Assembly: GCA_964640435.1 (NCBI GenBank)
Contig: CAZXFJ010000002.1
Span: forward strand, 4,175 to 68,174
Source: an uncultured Gammaproteobacteria bacterium
Lineage (GTDB): Bacteria; Patescibacteriota; Microgenomatia; Levybacterales; GWA1-39-11
Direction of reading: 5' to 3'
DNA: 64,000 nt
Shown here: one piece after another, positions 39,774 through 49,513 of the stretch
How positions within the stretch are numbered: the stretch's first letter is position 1
How the letters are laid out: each line of letters starts with the position of its first letter
The notes under the pieces: generated by a model
Database searches by the model: none
What the model was told of the DNA's origin: nothing
The model's input: only the letters and a program-made list of their open reading frames with translations
Position numbers and translations under genes: made by a program

Positions 39774-41429
39774 ATGTTCAAAAATAAGAAAACACTTTGG
39801 ATAATTTTAGGACTAATTATTGCACTTGCTGCAATCTTGAGGTTGTGGCAGCTCGGTAATATCCCTCCATCTCCAGATTGGGATGAGGCGGCTTTAGGGT
39901 ATGATGCTTATTCGTTAATGACGACGGGTAAGGATGAATTCGGTAAGTTTCTACCTGTTGTATTGAGGTCTTTTGATGATTATAAGCCGGCGCTTTATGC
40001 ATATCTTGCAATACCATCTGTTGCTATTTTTGGCTTAAACACATTTGCCGTAAGGCTTCCCTCGGCTATTTCAGGAATCTTAATGGTTCTAGTTGTGTTT
40101 TATTTAATTCGTGAATTGTTTAAGGATTATAAATATAGGGATTATTTATCTCTTGCGGGAGCCTTTCTGTATGCAATTTCCCCCTGGTCAATTCAATTCT
40201 CGCGAGTCGCATTTGAGTCAAATGTGGGAGTTTTTCTAAATGCTCTAACTGTGTTGTTTTTTGTTAAAGGTTTAAAGCGCCCATGGATGTTAATGCTTTC
40301 TGCAGTCTTTGCTGCTCTTGGACCTTATGTATATCAAAGTGAAAAAGTCTTTACACCTCTTTTAGTATTAGTGCTTGTTTTAATTTATTGGAAGCAATTA
40401 TTTAAACTTCCAAAATTAAACATAATCATGGCCGTTATCGCTGGAATTATTGTAATTGCACCAATGGCATTTTATATATTGACGGATCAAGGAGCATTGC
40501 TTCGCGTAAAGGGTACGAGTATTTTTTCCTATCAAACAGAACTGCTTAAGGATAATACCATTAAGCTTGAGAGGGATAGAGAGGTAGGGGATAAATTAGG
40601 CTTAGTCCTTGATAATAGAAGATTAGTTTATCTTAAAACAGTTATAGGGGGTTATCTTTCTCATTTTGATCTGAATTGGTTATTTACGAGAGGTGATATA
40701 GCTCGTCACCATGCGCCTGGTATGGGTTTGCTTTACTTATTTGAACTTCCTTTGATTCTTGTCGGTATTTATAAACTTATTTTTGGAGAATTTAAATTAC
40801 AGTCGAAGTTAACAATATTTGGATGGTTTTTAATTGCTGCTATTCCTGCATCGGTAACTACAGGAGTTCCACATGCTGTTCGTACACTTAACTTTCTACC
40901 AACGTATCAAATAATTGGTGGGTTGGGTTTGGTGATAATACTAATTTGGTTATCTAGGATAAAAATGAACTTGTTCAAATATACTGCGCTTTTCATAATT
41001 GGTGTTTTTGTTTTATTCAATTTTGTTTACTATCTAAATCAATACTTTGTTCAATACAATTACTATGATTCTGAAGATTGGCAATATGGTTATGAGCAGG
41101 CTGCAAATTACACAATTGAGAATAGTCATAAGTATGACAAAATAATAGTTTCTGATAGGCAGCCTATGGATAAATCTTACATGTTTTTCTTGTTCTATTT
41201 AAAATATCCACCAGAAAAATATCAAGAGATTGGTAAGAATAGTTCTGGTAGCTTTGTATCGCATCATTCATTTGATAAATATGAGTTTAGGCCAATAGAC
41301 TGGAGTAAGGATTCATCAACTCCAAATGTTTTATATATCGGTACTCAGGATGAAATACCATCTAGAGTTTCTAAAAAAACTATAAATAACCTAGATGGTA
41401 CACCAGCAATTAGAATTGCTGGAACATGA
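39774..41429 (+). CDS. GT-C, ArnT/PMT_2-like
   Basis: 'DWDEAALGY...GKDEFG...SFDDYKP', 'SRVAFE' and 'PHAVR'; paralog of the previous gene. Confidence 0.85.
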   Translation: MFKNKKTLWIILGLIIALAAILRLWQLGNIPPSPDWDEAALGYDAYSLMTTGKDEFGKFLPVVLRSFDDYKPALYAYLAIPSVAIFGLNTFAVRLPSAISGILMVLVVFYLIRELFKDYKYRDYLSLAGAFLYAISPWSIQFSRVAFESNVGVFLNALTVLFFVKGLKRPWMLMLSAVFAALGPYVYQSEKVFTPLLVLVLVLIYWKQLFKLPKLNIIMAVIAGIIVIAPMAFYILTDQGALLRVKGTSIFSYQTELLKDNTIKLERDREVGDKLGLVLDNRRLVYLKTVIGGYLSHFDLNWLFTRGDIARHHAPGMGLLYLFELPLILVGIYKLIFGEFKLQSKLTIFGWFLIAAIPASVTTGVPHAVRTLNFLPTYQIIGGLGLVIILIWLSRIKMNLFKYTALFIIGVFVLFNFVYYLNQYFVQYNYYDSEDWQYGYEQAANYTIENSHKYDKIIVSDRQPMDKSYMFFLFYLKYPPEKYQEIGKNSSGSFVSHHSFDKYEFRPIDWSKDSSTPNVLYIGTQDEIPSRVSKKTINNLDGTPAIRIAGT

Positions 41430-41437
41430 GTTGAAAA

Positions 41438-42958
41438 ATGAAGAAAAAGAAGTTTAAGTTTTCGAATTTATTCACGCCAACACTTATAATACTTTACGTA
41501 TTAATTATCATAGGGTCCTATTTAAGACTCGAAGGTATTTTCGACAATTCTTTTGCCTTTACTTACGATGTGGGACGCGATCTAATAGCCGTTGGCGATA
41601 TAGTTACAGGACAAAAACTTTCTTTAATTGGTCCAACTTCAGGTTTACCAGGAGTATTTTATGGACCCTGGTGGTATTTAATGCTTGCTCCATTTTTTGT
41701 TTTATCTTCTGGAAATCCACAAGGAATTGCATTTTTTATGAGTTTACTGGGAATTTTATTAATCCCCTTATCATTTTATTTTGGTAAAAGACTTAATGGT
41801 GATTTTTTAGCTCTAAGCCTTGCAGGACTTGCAGCAGTTTCACCATCATTAATTTCCTTATCTTCTCAAATTTGGAGTCCTAATATCGCACCTGTCTTCG
41901 TTTTACTTTCATTTATTTTGCTCTACAAGATTTACTCCGGAAAAGATAATCCAATAATATATTTTTTACTAGGTTTTGTTACATTCTTAAATTCTGAAGC
42001 AGAAATAATATTTGGAGTTCTGTTTACTGGTGGAGTTGTTATATCAGTAATTTTAATTAAAAAATTAACATTAAAGCCAATTTCAGTTATCGCCTTTTTA
42101 CTAGGTACGGTTATTGTTATCTCACCAAAAATACTTTTTGAAGTTAAGCACAATTTCTTGATGACTCAATCATTTATAAAATATTTTCAGTCAGGTGCAG
42201 AGAAAGATATGGTGAGTGGAGGAGTTGTAGATATATTAATAAATCGATTAGACATATTTATAAATGAATTTTCATATGCTGTTGCATTTGGCAATAAGGT
42301 AGCTGGAATAATTTTACTAGTCGCCACAATTATCTCAATTATCTATTTCTATAAAAGAATATCTTCAAATGAAAAAAAATTGATAATTACCTCGACTATT
42401 ATTTTAATAGTATTTTTCGCAGGAACTCTATTTTTTGCGCACAATATTTGGCCTCATTATTTAGTTGGGCTTCCTATAATATATATATTGTTGGTTTCTA
42501 TTGCCTTAGCAAATTTGAAATTTAAACTTAAGTCTTATACGATTTCGTATATAGTTTTATTTCTTTTAATTGTTATTAATCTTAATCCTATTTCAGTTTA
42601 TCAATCATTTAGTACCAGCTGGGAAGGAAATGCGGCAGTTTATAGAAATCAGCTAAATGTAGTCGACAGTATTTATGCTCAAACTAAAAACAAAAGATTT
42701 AAATATGTTGTTTATACACCACCACTTCACGATTATACGTATAGATATCTTTTTGAATGGAGAGGAAAGAAGTATAACATGAAGCCATCTATCCAAGCAG
42801 ACACGGCATACTTTATTTTAGAGCCAGATCCAGAGGACCCATCAAGGCTTACTAGATGGCTACAAGAAAGAGCAGGAGATGGTAAAATTAAAAAAAGTAA
42901 GAAATACGATGGTGGAATCATTGTTCAAGAAAGATTTGTAGGAAATGAAAAAAACTAA
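41438..42958 (+). CDS. GT-C, ArnT/PMT_2-like
   Basis: 'LRL...YDVGRD...LIGP...YGPWWY' and 'WSPN'. Confidence 0.78.
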   Translation: MKKKKFKFSNLFTPTLIILYVLIIIGSYLRLEGIFDNSFAFTYDVGRDLIAVGDIVTGQKLSLIGPTSGLPGVFYGPWWYLMLAPFFVLSSGNPQGIAFFMSLLGILLIPLSFYFGKRLNGDFLALSLAGLAAVSPSLISLSSQIWSPNIAPVFVLLSFILLYKIYSGKDNPIIYFLLGFVTFLNSEAEIIFGVLFTGGVVISVILIKKLTLKPISVIAFLLGTVIVISPKILFEVKHNFLMTQSFIKYFQSGAEKDMVSGGVVDILINRLDIFINEFSYAVAFGNKVAGIILLVATIISIIYFYKRISSNEKKLIITSTIILIVFFAGTLFFAHNIWPHYLVGLPIIYILLVSIALANLKFKLKSYTISYIVLFLLIVINLNPISVYQSFSTSWEGNAAVYRNQLNVVDSIYAQTKNKRFKYVVYTPPLHDYTYRYLFEWRGKKYNMKPSIQADTAYFILEPDPEDPSRLTRWLQERAGDGKIKKSKKYDGGIIVQERFVGNEKN

Positions 42959-44273
42959 TAAAAACAAACATAAGGCTAAAAAGTTTAATTTACTTCTGTG
43001 GATTAAGAATAATAAGTTTCTAATATTGGCGTTTGCAGTTTTTTTAGTAATGCTCTTTACCAGATTTTACCAACCAGAAATTAAAAATCCTTTCGGTTAT
43101 GATCAGGTTGATAACGCATGGGCTGCAAAAAATATTGTCGCTGATGGAAGATACCCACTTGTTGGAATGGTTGCAAAAGGGAACTCAGGAATATATATAG
43201 GTCCTCTATATTATTACTTCGCTGCATTTTTCTATTTCCTTTCAGGACTTGATCCTATTGCTTCAGTAATGATTGCTGGGGTAAGCGCAATAATAAGCTT
43301 TTGGATTATTTATTTCTTTACTAAAAAACTATTTAACGAGTATGTTGCATTAATAGCAGTTGTAATAAATACATTTGCTCTACCTGCGATAATATTTGAC
43401 AGAATACAGTGGCCCGTTGATTTTATTCCTGCATTTTCTCTTGTTATATTCTACCTTTTGTATAAAGTTATTACTGGTGAGGTTAAAAAACTTTTATGGC
43501 TGGCCGTTGTAGTTGGCTTAATGTTCAATATTCATTTTACTGCAATCTTTTTTCCCTTGATAGTTCTTTTTTGCTTACCATTATTCCCTAGAACCCGGGA
43601 AACTATTAAATATATATTATTCGCAATCCCATTGTTTATTATTTTCATCATTCCGAATGCAATATATATGTTAACTTCAAAGTCTTCTGGTTCAAATATT
43701 TCTTACCTTGATAGTAACTTTCATGGTTTTCATTTACGACGAATGATGCAGCTGGTCGGGGATGCTTTTATTCAGTTCGATCCATATGTAGTATTTGACT
43801 GGCTTAAAAAAATAAAAATTTTCATCCCTCTAATTTTTGTTGTTATATATTTATGGCAAACCGCTGATAAAAATAAGTATAAATTTATTTATCTTGTTGC
43901 ACTTTTTTTTATGATACCCTGGATAGTATTTACTACTTATTCTGGAGAAATAAGCGATTACTATTTCGCAGTTAACCGCTACATTGTTCTATTTATAATT
44001 TCTTATCTTTTTTATTCTGTTGGAAAAATTAGTTTTAAAAATAAAATACTAAATGTAGTACCTAAGATATTCGTTGTATTGGTATTGGCCTATTATTGTA
44101 TATATAACTTAACGAACTTTTTACCATATAAAGATGTTGGACTTAAAAAAAGATTTGAAAATGCTCAGCCTTCTGTCGATCATAATGTTCGTATTGAATT
44201 TCAAATGGGTGTTCCAGAGTCATATATCTATTATTATTTAATGCTTAAAAAGACTGGAAAAGACGTTTATTAG
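42945..44273 (+). CDS. GT-C, ArnT/PMT_2-like
   Basis: 'TRF...YDQVDN...PLVG...GPLYYY' and 'NIHFT'. Confidence 0.78.
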   Translation: MKKTNKNKHKAKKFNLLLWIKNNKFLILAFAVFLVMLFTRFYQPEIKNPFGYDQVDNAWAAKNIVADGRYPLVGMVAKGNSGIYIGPLYYYFAAFFYFLSGLDPIASVMIAGVSAIISFWIIYFFTKKLFNEYVALIAVVINTFALPAIIFDRIQWPVDFIPAFSLVIFYLLYKVITGEVKKLLWLAVVVGLMFNIHFTAIFFPLIVLFCLPLFPRTRETIKYILFAIPLFIIFIIPNAIYMLTSKSSGSNISYLDSNFHGFHLRRMMQLVGDAFIQFDPYVVFDWLKKIKIFIPLIFVVIYLWQTADKNKYKFIYLVALFFMIPWIVFTTYSGEISDYYFAVNRYIVLFIISYLFYSVGKISFKNKILNVVPKIFVVLVLAYYCIYNLTNFLPYKDVGLKKRFENAQPSVDHNVRIEFQMGVPESYIYYYLMLKKTGKDVY

Positions 44274-44307
44274 TCGTAAAATCAAGCAATTTGTGTTAGT
44301 ATAAATT

Positions 44308-45096
44308 ATGAAAAAACAAACTGTTTCGGTTGTTTTAGCAACCTATAATGAAGAAAAAAACTTAGCGAAATGTTTGGAGACAGTAAAAGATATCGCTGAT
44401 GAAATTGTTATAGTAGATGGAACTTCTACAGATAGAACGCGTGAAATTGCAAAAGAATTTGGAGCAAGAGTAATTAAAACCACGAATAAGCCAAATTTCC
44501 ACATAAATAAGCAGATGGGGATCGAAGCCGCAAAATGCGATTGGATCCTTCAAATGGATGCTGACGAGCATGTTTCACCAGCTCTTGCAAAGGAAATAGA
44601 AGAAAAAATTAATGATCCGAAGCTTGATTTCGACGGATACTGGATGCCTAGGAAGAACTACTTTTTAGGTCGTTTTCTTATGAAGGGTGGTCAGTATCCT
44701 GATTATACGCTAAGACTTTATAAAAATGGTAAAGGAAGGCTACCTATGAAAGATGTTCATGAGCAGGCAGTTGTTGAAGGTAAGGTTGGTTATCTTAAAG
44801 AAGCATTATTGCATTATCCCTACGAAGACTTTGCTTTTTATCTTAAAAAGTGGGATAGATATAATACATTTATAGCGGGGCAGATAAGAGACGACCTGAA
44901 ACATAAAGGAAAATTAAGAAGAGGGGTTTTTGGTGCCGAATATCTTGTTTTCAGGCCAGCACATTGGCTTCTTACAACATATGGCCGACACAAGGGCTTT
45001 ATGGATTCTTGGCAAGGGTTTACTTTTTCACTTTTTTCAGCTCTTCGATTTCCGGTTTCTTATATCAAATATTTGAAAGGTGAAGACAAGAAATGA
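44308..45096 (+). CDS. GT2, beta-1,4-glucosyltransferase-like
   Basis: 'YNEE', 'WILQMDADE', 'YPDYTLRL', 'VHE' and 'GFMD'. Confidence 0.87.
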   Translation: MKKQTVSVVLATYNEEKNLAKCLETVKDIADEIVIVDGTSTDRTREIAKEFGARVIKTTNKPNFHINKQMGIEAAKCDWILQMDADEHVSPALAKEIEEKINDPKLDFDGYWMPRKNYFLGRFLMKGGQYPDYTLRLYKNGKGRLPMKDVHEQAVVEGKVGYLKEALLHYPYEDFAFYLKKWDRYNTFIAGQIRDDLKHKGKLRRGVFGAEYLVFRPAHWLLTTYGRHKGFMDSWQGFTFSLFSALRFPVSYIKYLKGEDKK

Positions 45097-46064
45097 CAGT
45101 TTTAGTTACAGGTGGAGCAGGATACATTGGAAGCTTCATGACTCGCGCACTCCTTGATCGAGGATACGATGTTATTGTATTTGATAATCTAAAAAGAGGA
45201 CACCAAGACTATATTGATAGCCGTGCAAAATTTGTAAAAGGGGATCTAGCAATTATTGAGGATTTAAATAAATTATTCGAAGAAAATAAGATTGATGCTG
45301 TTTTGCATTTTGCTGGTCTTATTGCAGTCGGGGAGTCAGAAAAAGAGCCTGAGCTATACTATAAAAATAATGTGGATGGATCTAAAAACTTGTTCAAGAC
45401 TGCAAATAAAAATGGAGTTAGGAAATACATTTTCTCTTCAACAGCAGCGGTATACGGAAACCCTCAGCAAATTCCAATCCCTGAAGACCATGCGAAAAAC
45501 CCTACAAGTGAATATGGAAAGAATAAGCTAGATATAGAGCATTTGCTTGAGAATTTAGCTAAGGAAAATGATGCAATTAGTTTTGCAGCTTTAAGATATT
45601 TTAATGCTTCAGGTGCAGCGCTCGATGGGTCATTCGGAGAAAATCATGATCCTGAAACACATATTATTCCACTAGCGATGAAGGCCGTTATAAATGACTC
45701 AGAATTTGGTCTTTTTGGAGCTGATTATGATACTCCTGATGGAACATGCATTCGTGATTATATTCATGTACTGGATTTAGTCGAGGCACATATCTTGGCA
45801 CTTAACAAAATTGAAAATGAAAATGGTGGATTTGTATACAATGTAGGTACTGGAAATGGGTATTCTAATCGCGAGGTTATAGCAGAAATTGAAAAGATAA
45901 GTGGTAAAAAAATAAATGTTGTAGAAAAACCTCGTCGCGAGGGGGATGCGGATAGACTTGTTGCAGACGCAAGTAAAATAATGAATGATTTAGGTTTTTC
46001 TCCCAAATATTCCGATCTAACCTCAATAGTAAAAAGCGCTTGGGCCTGGCATAGTAAGCAATAA
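45093..46064 (+). CDS. galE: UDP-glucose 4-epimerase
   Basis: 'GGAGYIGS', 'FSSTAAVYG', YxxxK 'YGKNK', 'LRYFN' and 'DGTCIRDYIHV'. Confidence 0.93.
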   Translation: MTVLVTGGAGYIGSFMTRALLDRGYDVIVFDNLKRGHQDYIDSRAKFVKGDLAIIEDLNKLFEENKIDAVLHFAGLIAVGESEKEPELYYKNNVDGSKNLFKTANKNGVRKYIFSSTAAVYGNPQQIPIPEDHAKNPTSEYGKNKLDIEHLLENLAKENDAISFAALRYFNASGAALDGSFGENHDPETHIIPLAMKAVINDSEFGLFGADYDTPDGTCIRDYIHVLDLVEAHILALNKIENENGGFVYNVGTGNGYSNREVIAEIEKISGKKINVVEKPRREGDADRLVADASKIMNDLGFSPKYSDLTSIVKSAWAWHSKQ

Positions 46065-46080
46065 ATCTGAATTTATCCAA

Positions 46081-46599
46081 ATGAGAATTTATTTTGTTAG
46101 TCTTATATTAATTCTCTTTTTTGTTTTTCCTTCAAAAGCCCTCGCGGAATCACCTTACGTATTACCATATCCCCAAACAATGCCTGGTAGCACATGGTAT
46201 AAGCTAGACTTGATAAAAGAAGAATTGATGAGATATTGGTATTTCGGTGATTTTGGGCAATTTGAATTCGCCCTAAAGGAGTCAGATAAATATTTGGTAG
46301 AGGCTAAAACCCTTTTTGAATACAAGCAATATCTACTAGGTTCTAGCGCACTGCAAAAGTCAGATAGTTATTTTAAAAAGGCTTGGCCAGCTCTTATAAG
46401 AGCTGAGAAAAATGGAAAAAATATTGAAGAGAATAAAATAATTTTAAAAAATGCCTCTGAAAAGCATATAGAGATACTAAACGAGTTAAAGAATAAAGTA
46501 CCAAAAGAATTTAATTGGACACCTGAAAAATCTAGTCCTAGTAATCTTAAATTGGGAGACTCAATTATTAGATCCATAAATATAAGGGCGCATTTATGA
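46081..46599 (+). CDS. Exported helical protein, DUF5667-like
   Basis: Signal peptide and 'YVLPYP..MPGS.WY.L' motif. Confidence 0.55.
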   Translation: MRIYFVSLILILFFVFPSKALAESPYVLPYPQTMPGSTWYKLDLIKEELMRYWYFGDFGQFEFALKESDKYLVEAKTLFEYKQYLLGSSALQKSDSYFKKAWPALIRAEKNGKNIEENKIILKNASEKHIEILNELKNKVPKEFNWTPEKSSPSNLKLGDSIIRSINIRAHL

Positions 46600-47708
46600 A
46601 AAAGATTCTATTAATATACTCCTCATTTTTTATACTATTTTCCTTTATTTCATTTTTTTACATAGATCAGAACTTTATATATCTCAATTTTTTATATACT
46701 GGTTTCTCTTTAAATTTCAGAATTTTATCTGCGATTCTTTATTTTCTTTTTATAACTGTATTCTTCGTAATTTACTATTTCTTATTAACCCAAAAAGATA
46801 TCGATATAAAAAAATTAAGATGGTATCTTTTAGTTCCATGTGTCGGGTTGTTTGCATACCCTGCGATACTATCGTTTGACATCTTTAATTACGTGACAAC
46901 TTCTAAAGTTGCTTTTCACTATCTTGAAAATCCATATATTATTATGCCAATAGATTTTCAGGGGGATCCAGTCTTGATGTTTACTCGTGCCGCAAATAAA
47001 ACAGCACTTTACGGTCCTTTATGGGTGGGATTAACTTCGGTGCCATTTTATTTATCCTTGGGTAATTATCTTTTTTCAATAGTTCTTTTTAAGTTGTTGG
47101 TCGCTTTTTTCTATTTTGGAATTTTATATATTATTTGGAAAAGTACCAAGACTCCATTCAATGTTGTATTTTTTGCGGCAAGTCCATTAGTACTTATTGA
47201 AACGTTTATTTCTGGTCACAATGATGTGGTAATGATGTTCTTGGCAGTTGCTTCAATTTTTGCATTAAGACGAAAAAGAATTTTTATTGCAATTTCTCTT
47301 TTAATTATGTCGGTATTAATAAAATACGCCACAATATTTTTAGTTCCACTTTTCATTTACTACTTCTATTTGAGGTTTAAAAATAAACAAATTGACTGGG
47401 ATAGTGTTTATTTTACTGGCTTTATATTGATGACAATAATATTTTTTCTTTCAGCTTTCAGAGAAGAGATATATCCGTGGTATGCTATATGGCCCTTAGC
47501 ATTTATCTCTTTTATCGCAGATAAAAAGAAATATTTGAGATTATTTGTCATTTTTTTCTCATATTGTCTTATGTTGAGATATCTTCCATTTATGGCTACT
47601 GGAAATTATTTTGGAATAACTCCTGCGATTAAGATTGTAATAACATTTATATTCCCAGGTATTTTTATATTTATTCTTTTTCTTAGAAAGAATTTTAAGG
47701 TAAAATGA
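46596..47708 (+). CDS. GT-C, MptA/MptB-like
   Basis: 'SFDIFNY', 'YGPLW', 'ETFISGHNDVVM', 'IKY' and 'YPWY'; paralog of 10199-11344. Confidence 0.75.
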   Translation: MKKILLIYSSFFILFSFISFFYIDQNFIYLNFLYTGFSLNFRILSAILYFLFITVFFVIYYFLLTQKDIDIKKLRWYLLVPCVGLFAYPAILSFDIFNYVTTSKVAFHYLENPYIIMPIDFQGDPVLMFTRAANKTALYGPLWVGLTSVPFYLSLGNYLFSIVLFKLLVAFFYFGILYIIWKSTKTPFNVVFFAASPLVLIETFISGHNDVVMMFLAVASIFALRRKRIFIAISLLIMSVLIKYATIFLVPLFIYYFYLRFKNKQIDWDSVYFTGFILMTIIFFLSAFREEIYPWYAIWPLAFISFIADKKKYLRLFVIFFSYCLMLRYLPFMATGNYFGITPAIKIVITFIFPGIFIFILFLRKNFKVK

Positions 47709-49513
47709 TTGGATTCCTTTATTTAGTATCTGTCCTCTTCGTAGGTGCAATAGCTCACGAATTATTTATTGACAAAAAATTCATAATAAATAAGTTTGCA
47801 AGCTCATTTTTGCTTGGATCATTGATTAGCGTGACAATATGCTTTGTTTTGCTATTAATCTTACGAAATCTTAGTTCAGCCTTGTTGGTATATTTTGTAT
47901 TAGTCATACTTTCCTCACCATTTATCTACAAACGAATTAGAGTCTCATTTACCAAGAATACAATCTTCACTGTTGCTATTTTGGCGTTTTCTTTTTTATT
48001 GTTTCAAAAAGCATTTAATTACAATACAGTGGAAAATGTTTTTTTAATTCAAACTAACTTGTATCAAGATATGGGCGCACATATTCCTTTCATAAGATAC
48101 TTCTCAGACGGTGGAATCTTTCCAGAAGCACCTTTTTTTGCAGGTAAAAACTTGTTTTATCATTTTATGTTTGATTTCTATGCTTCAATACTTGAATATT
48201 TAGGATTAAGAATAAATATAGCATTTAATCTCATAAGTGCGCTTACTTTAACATCTCTATTTTTGACTATTAATTCATTATCAAAATTTCTTTTTAAAAA
48301 TAAATATGTAGGAATTTTAGCGTGCATAATGCTACTGTTTAATAGTGACTTGTCCTTTATTGATTTATTTCGTTCATATGGTATTTCTCCTGGTGGGCTG
48401 CTATCAATTTACCATCACAATGCATACCCAATAGGCAACATTTTTAATCTGCAAGTAAGTCAAAACTTCTTAAATATTAATGTGTATTTAAATCAAAGAC
48501 AGTTGATATTCGGTTTGCTTTGGTTTTTTTATCTAATTTATTTGTTCTTATATTCAAATGGGAAAATTAGTTTGAGTTTAGGATTGTTAATTATTTTTTC
48601 AATTTGTGCTTTTCCATTTTGGAATTTACCTATCTTGATTTCGTTTTATATTGTGTTGGTAGGTATTATTACCTTGTTTAAAGAATATAGAAAGAGTGGA
48701 GCTGCTTTAGTAATTTTGTCATTACCTTTTGTTGGCATTCAGGTTTTATTAATTAAGCTTAATTCATTAAACAATATTATATTTCATCCAGGGTTTGTAC
48801 TTGCTGAAAAATTAAGTTTAATAAACTTTTCGCTTTTCTGGATTTGGAATCTTGGAATAATTATTCCACTTCTTATATATGCTTTTATAAAATCAAATAT
48901 TTATCAAAGAAAAATCTTTTTAGTTTTTGTAAGTATTTTTATAATAGCTAATTTATTTCAATTCTCTCGAGATCCATTTGATAATCATAAGTTCTTTAAT
49001 GTTTGGATAGTTTTAGCCAATATTTATGCAGGATATTCACTTTTGCAAATTTTTAAAATAGGCAAATGGGGAAGAGTGGCAGCAGTAATATTATTTTTCC
49101 TAGCAACACTCTCAGGCATGTTGCATTTTTTAGTAGTTAAAAATGATCTTTATGCGAAAATTTCTGACTCATCCAAATTTAATATTTATGGATGGATAGA
49201 GAATAATACAAAAAAAGAAGATATATTTTTAACTAACGGTGAAATATATGATCCTGTAGGCATAATGGGCCGAAGAATATTCTTAGGAAGACCTCAGTAT
49301 GTATATTTATATGGAAATGACCCATCTGGACGTCTAAGAATCAAAGAAAGCGTACTTAAAGGTGAAATTAAAAGTGAAAAGAAGCAATTAAGCTATATTA
49401 TAATTTATAAAGATAATAAGCTGCCAAATATTTATAAAGCTGATACTAAGAAACTTGGCAGTTTATATAAAAAAGTTTATGAAGACAATTTCGGCATTAT
49501 TTACAAACTATAA
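47705..49513 (+). CDS. Multi-TM GT-C-like membrane protein
   Basis: 'QDMGAH...PEAPFFAG..L.YHF', 'DNHKFF' and a C-terminal soluble domain. Confidence 0.65.
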   Translation: MIGFLYLVSVLFVGAIAHELFIDKKFIINKFASSFLLGSLISVTICFVLLLILRNLSSALLVYFVLVILSSPFIYKRIRVSFTKNTIFTVAILAFSFLLFQKAFNYNTVENVFLIQTNLYQDMGAHIPFIRYFSDGGIFPEAPFFAGKNLFYHFMFDFYASILEYLGLRINIAFNLISALTLTSLFLTINSLSKFLFKNKYVGILACIMLLFNSDLSFIDLFRSYGISPGGLLSIYHHNAYPIGNIFNLQVSQNFLNINVYLNQRQLIFGLLWFFYLIYLFLYSNGKISLSLGLLIIFSICAFPFWNLPILISFYIVLVGIITLFKEYRKSGAALVILSLPFVGIQVLLIKLNSLNNIIFHPGFVLAEKLSLINFSLFWIWNLGIIIPLLIYAFIKSNIYQRKIFLVFVSIFIIANLFQFSRDPFDNHKFFNVWIVLANIYAGYSLLQIFKIGKWGRVAAVILFFLATLSGMLHFLVVKNDLYAKISDSSKFNIYGWIENNTKKEDIFLTNGEIYDPVGIMGRRIFLGRPQYVYLYGNDPSGRLRIKESVLKGEIKSEKKQLSYIIIYKDNKLPNIYKADTKKLGSLYKKVYEDNFGIIYKL

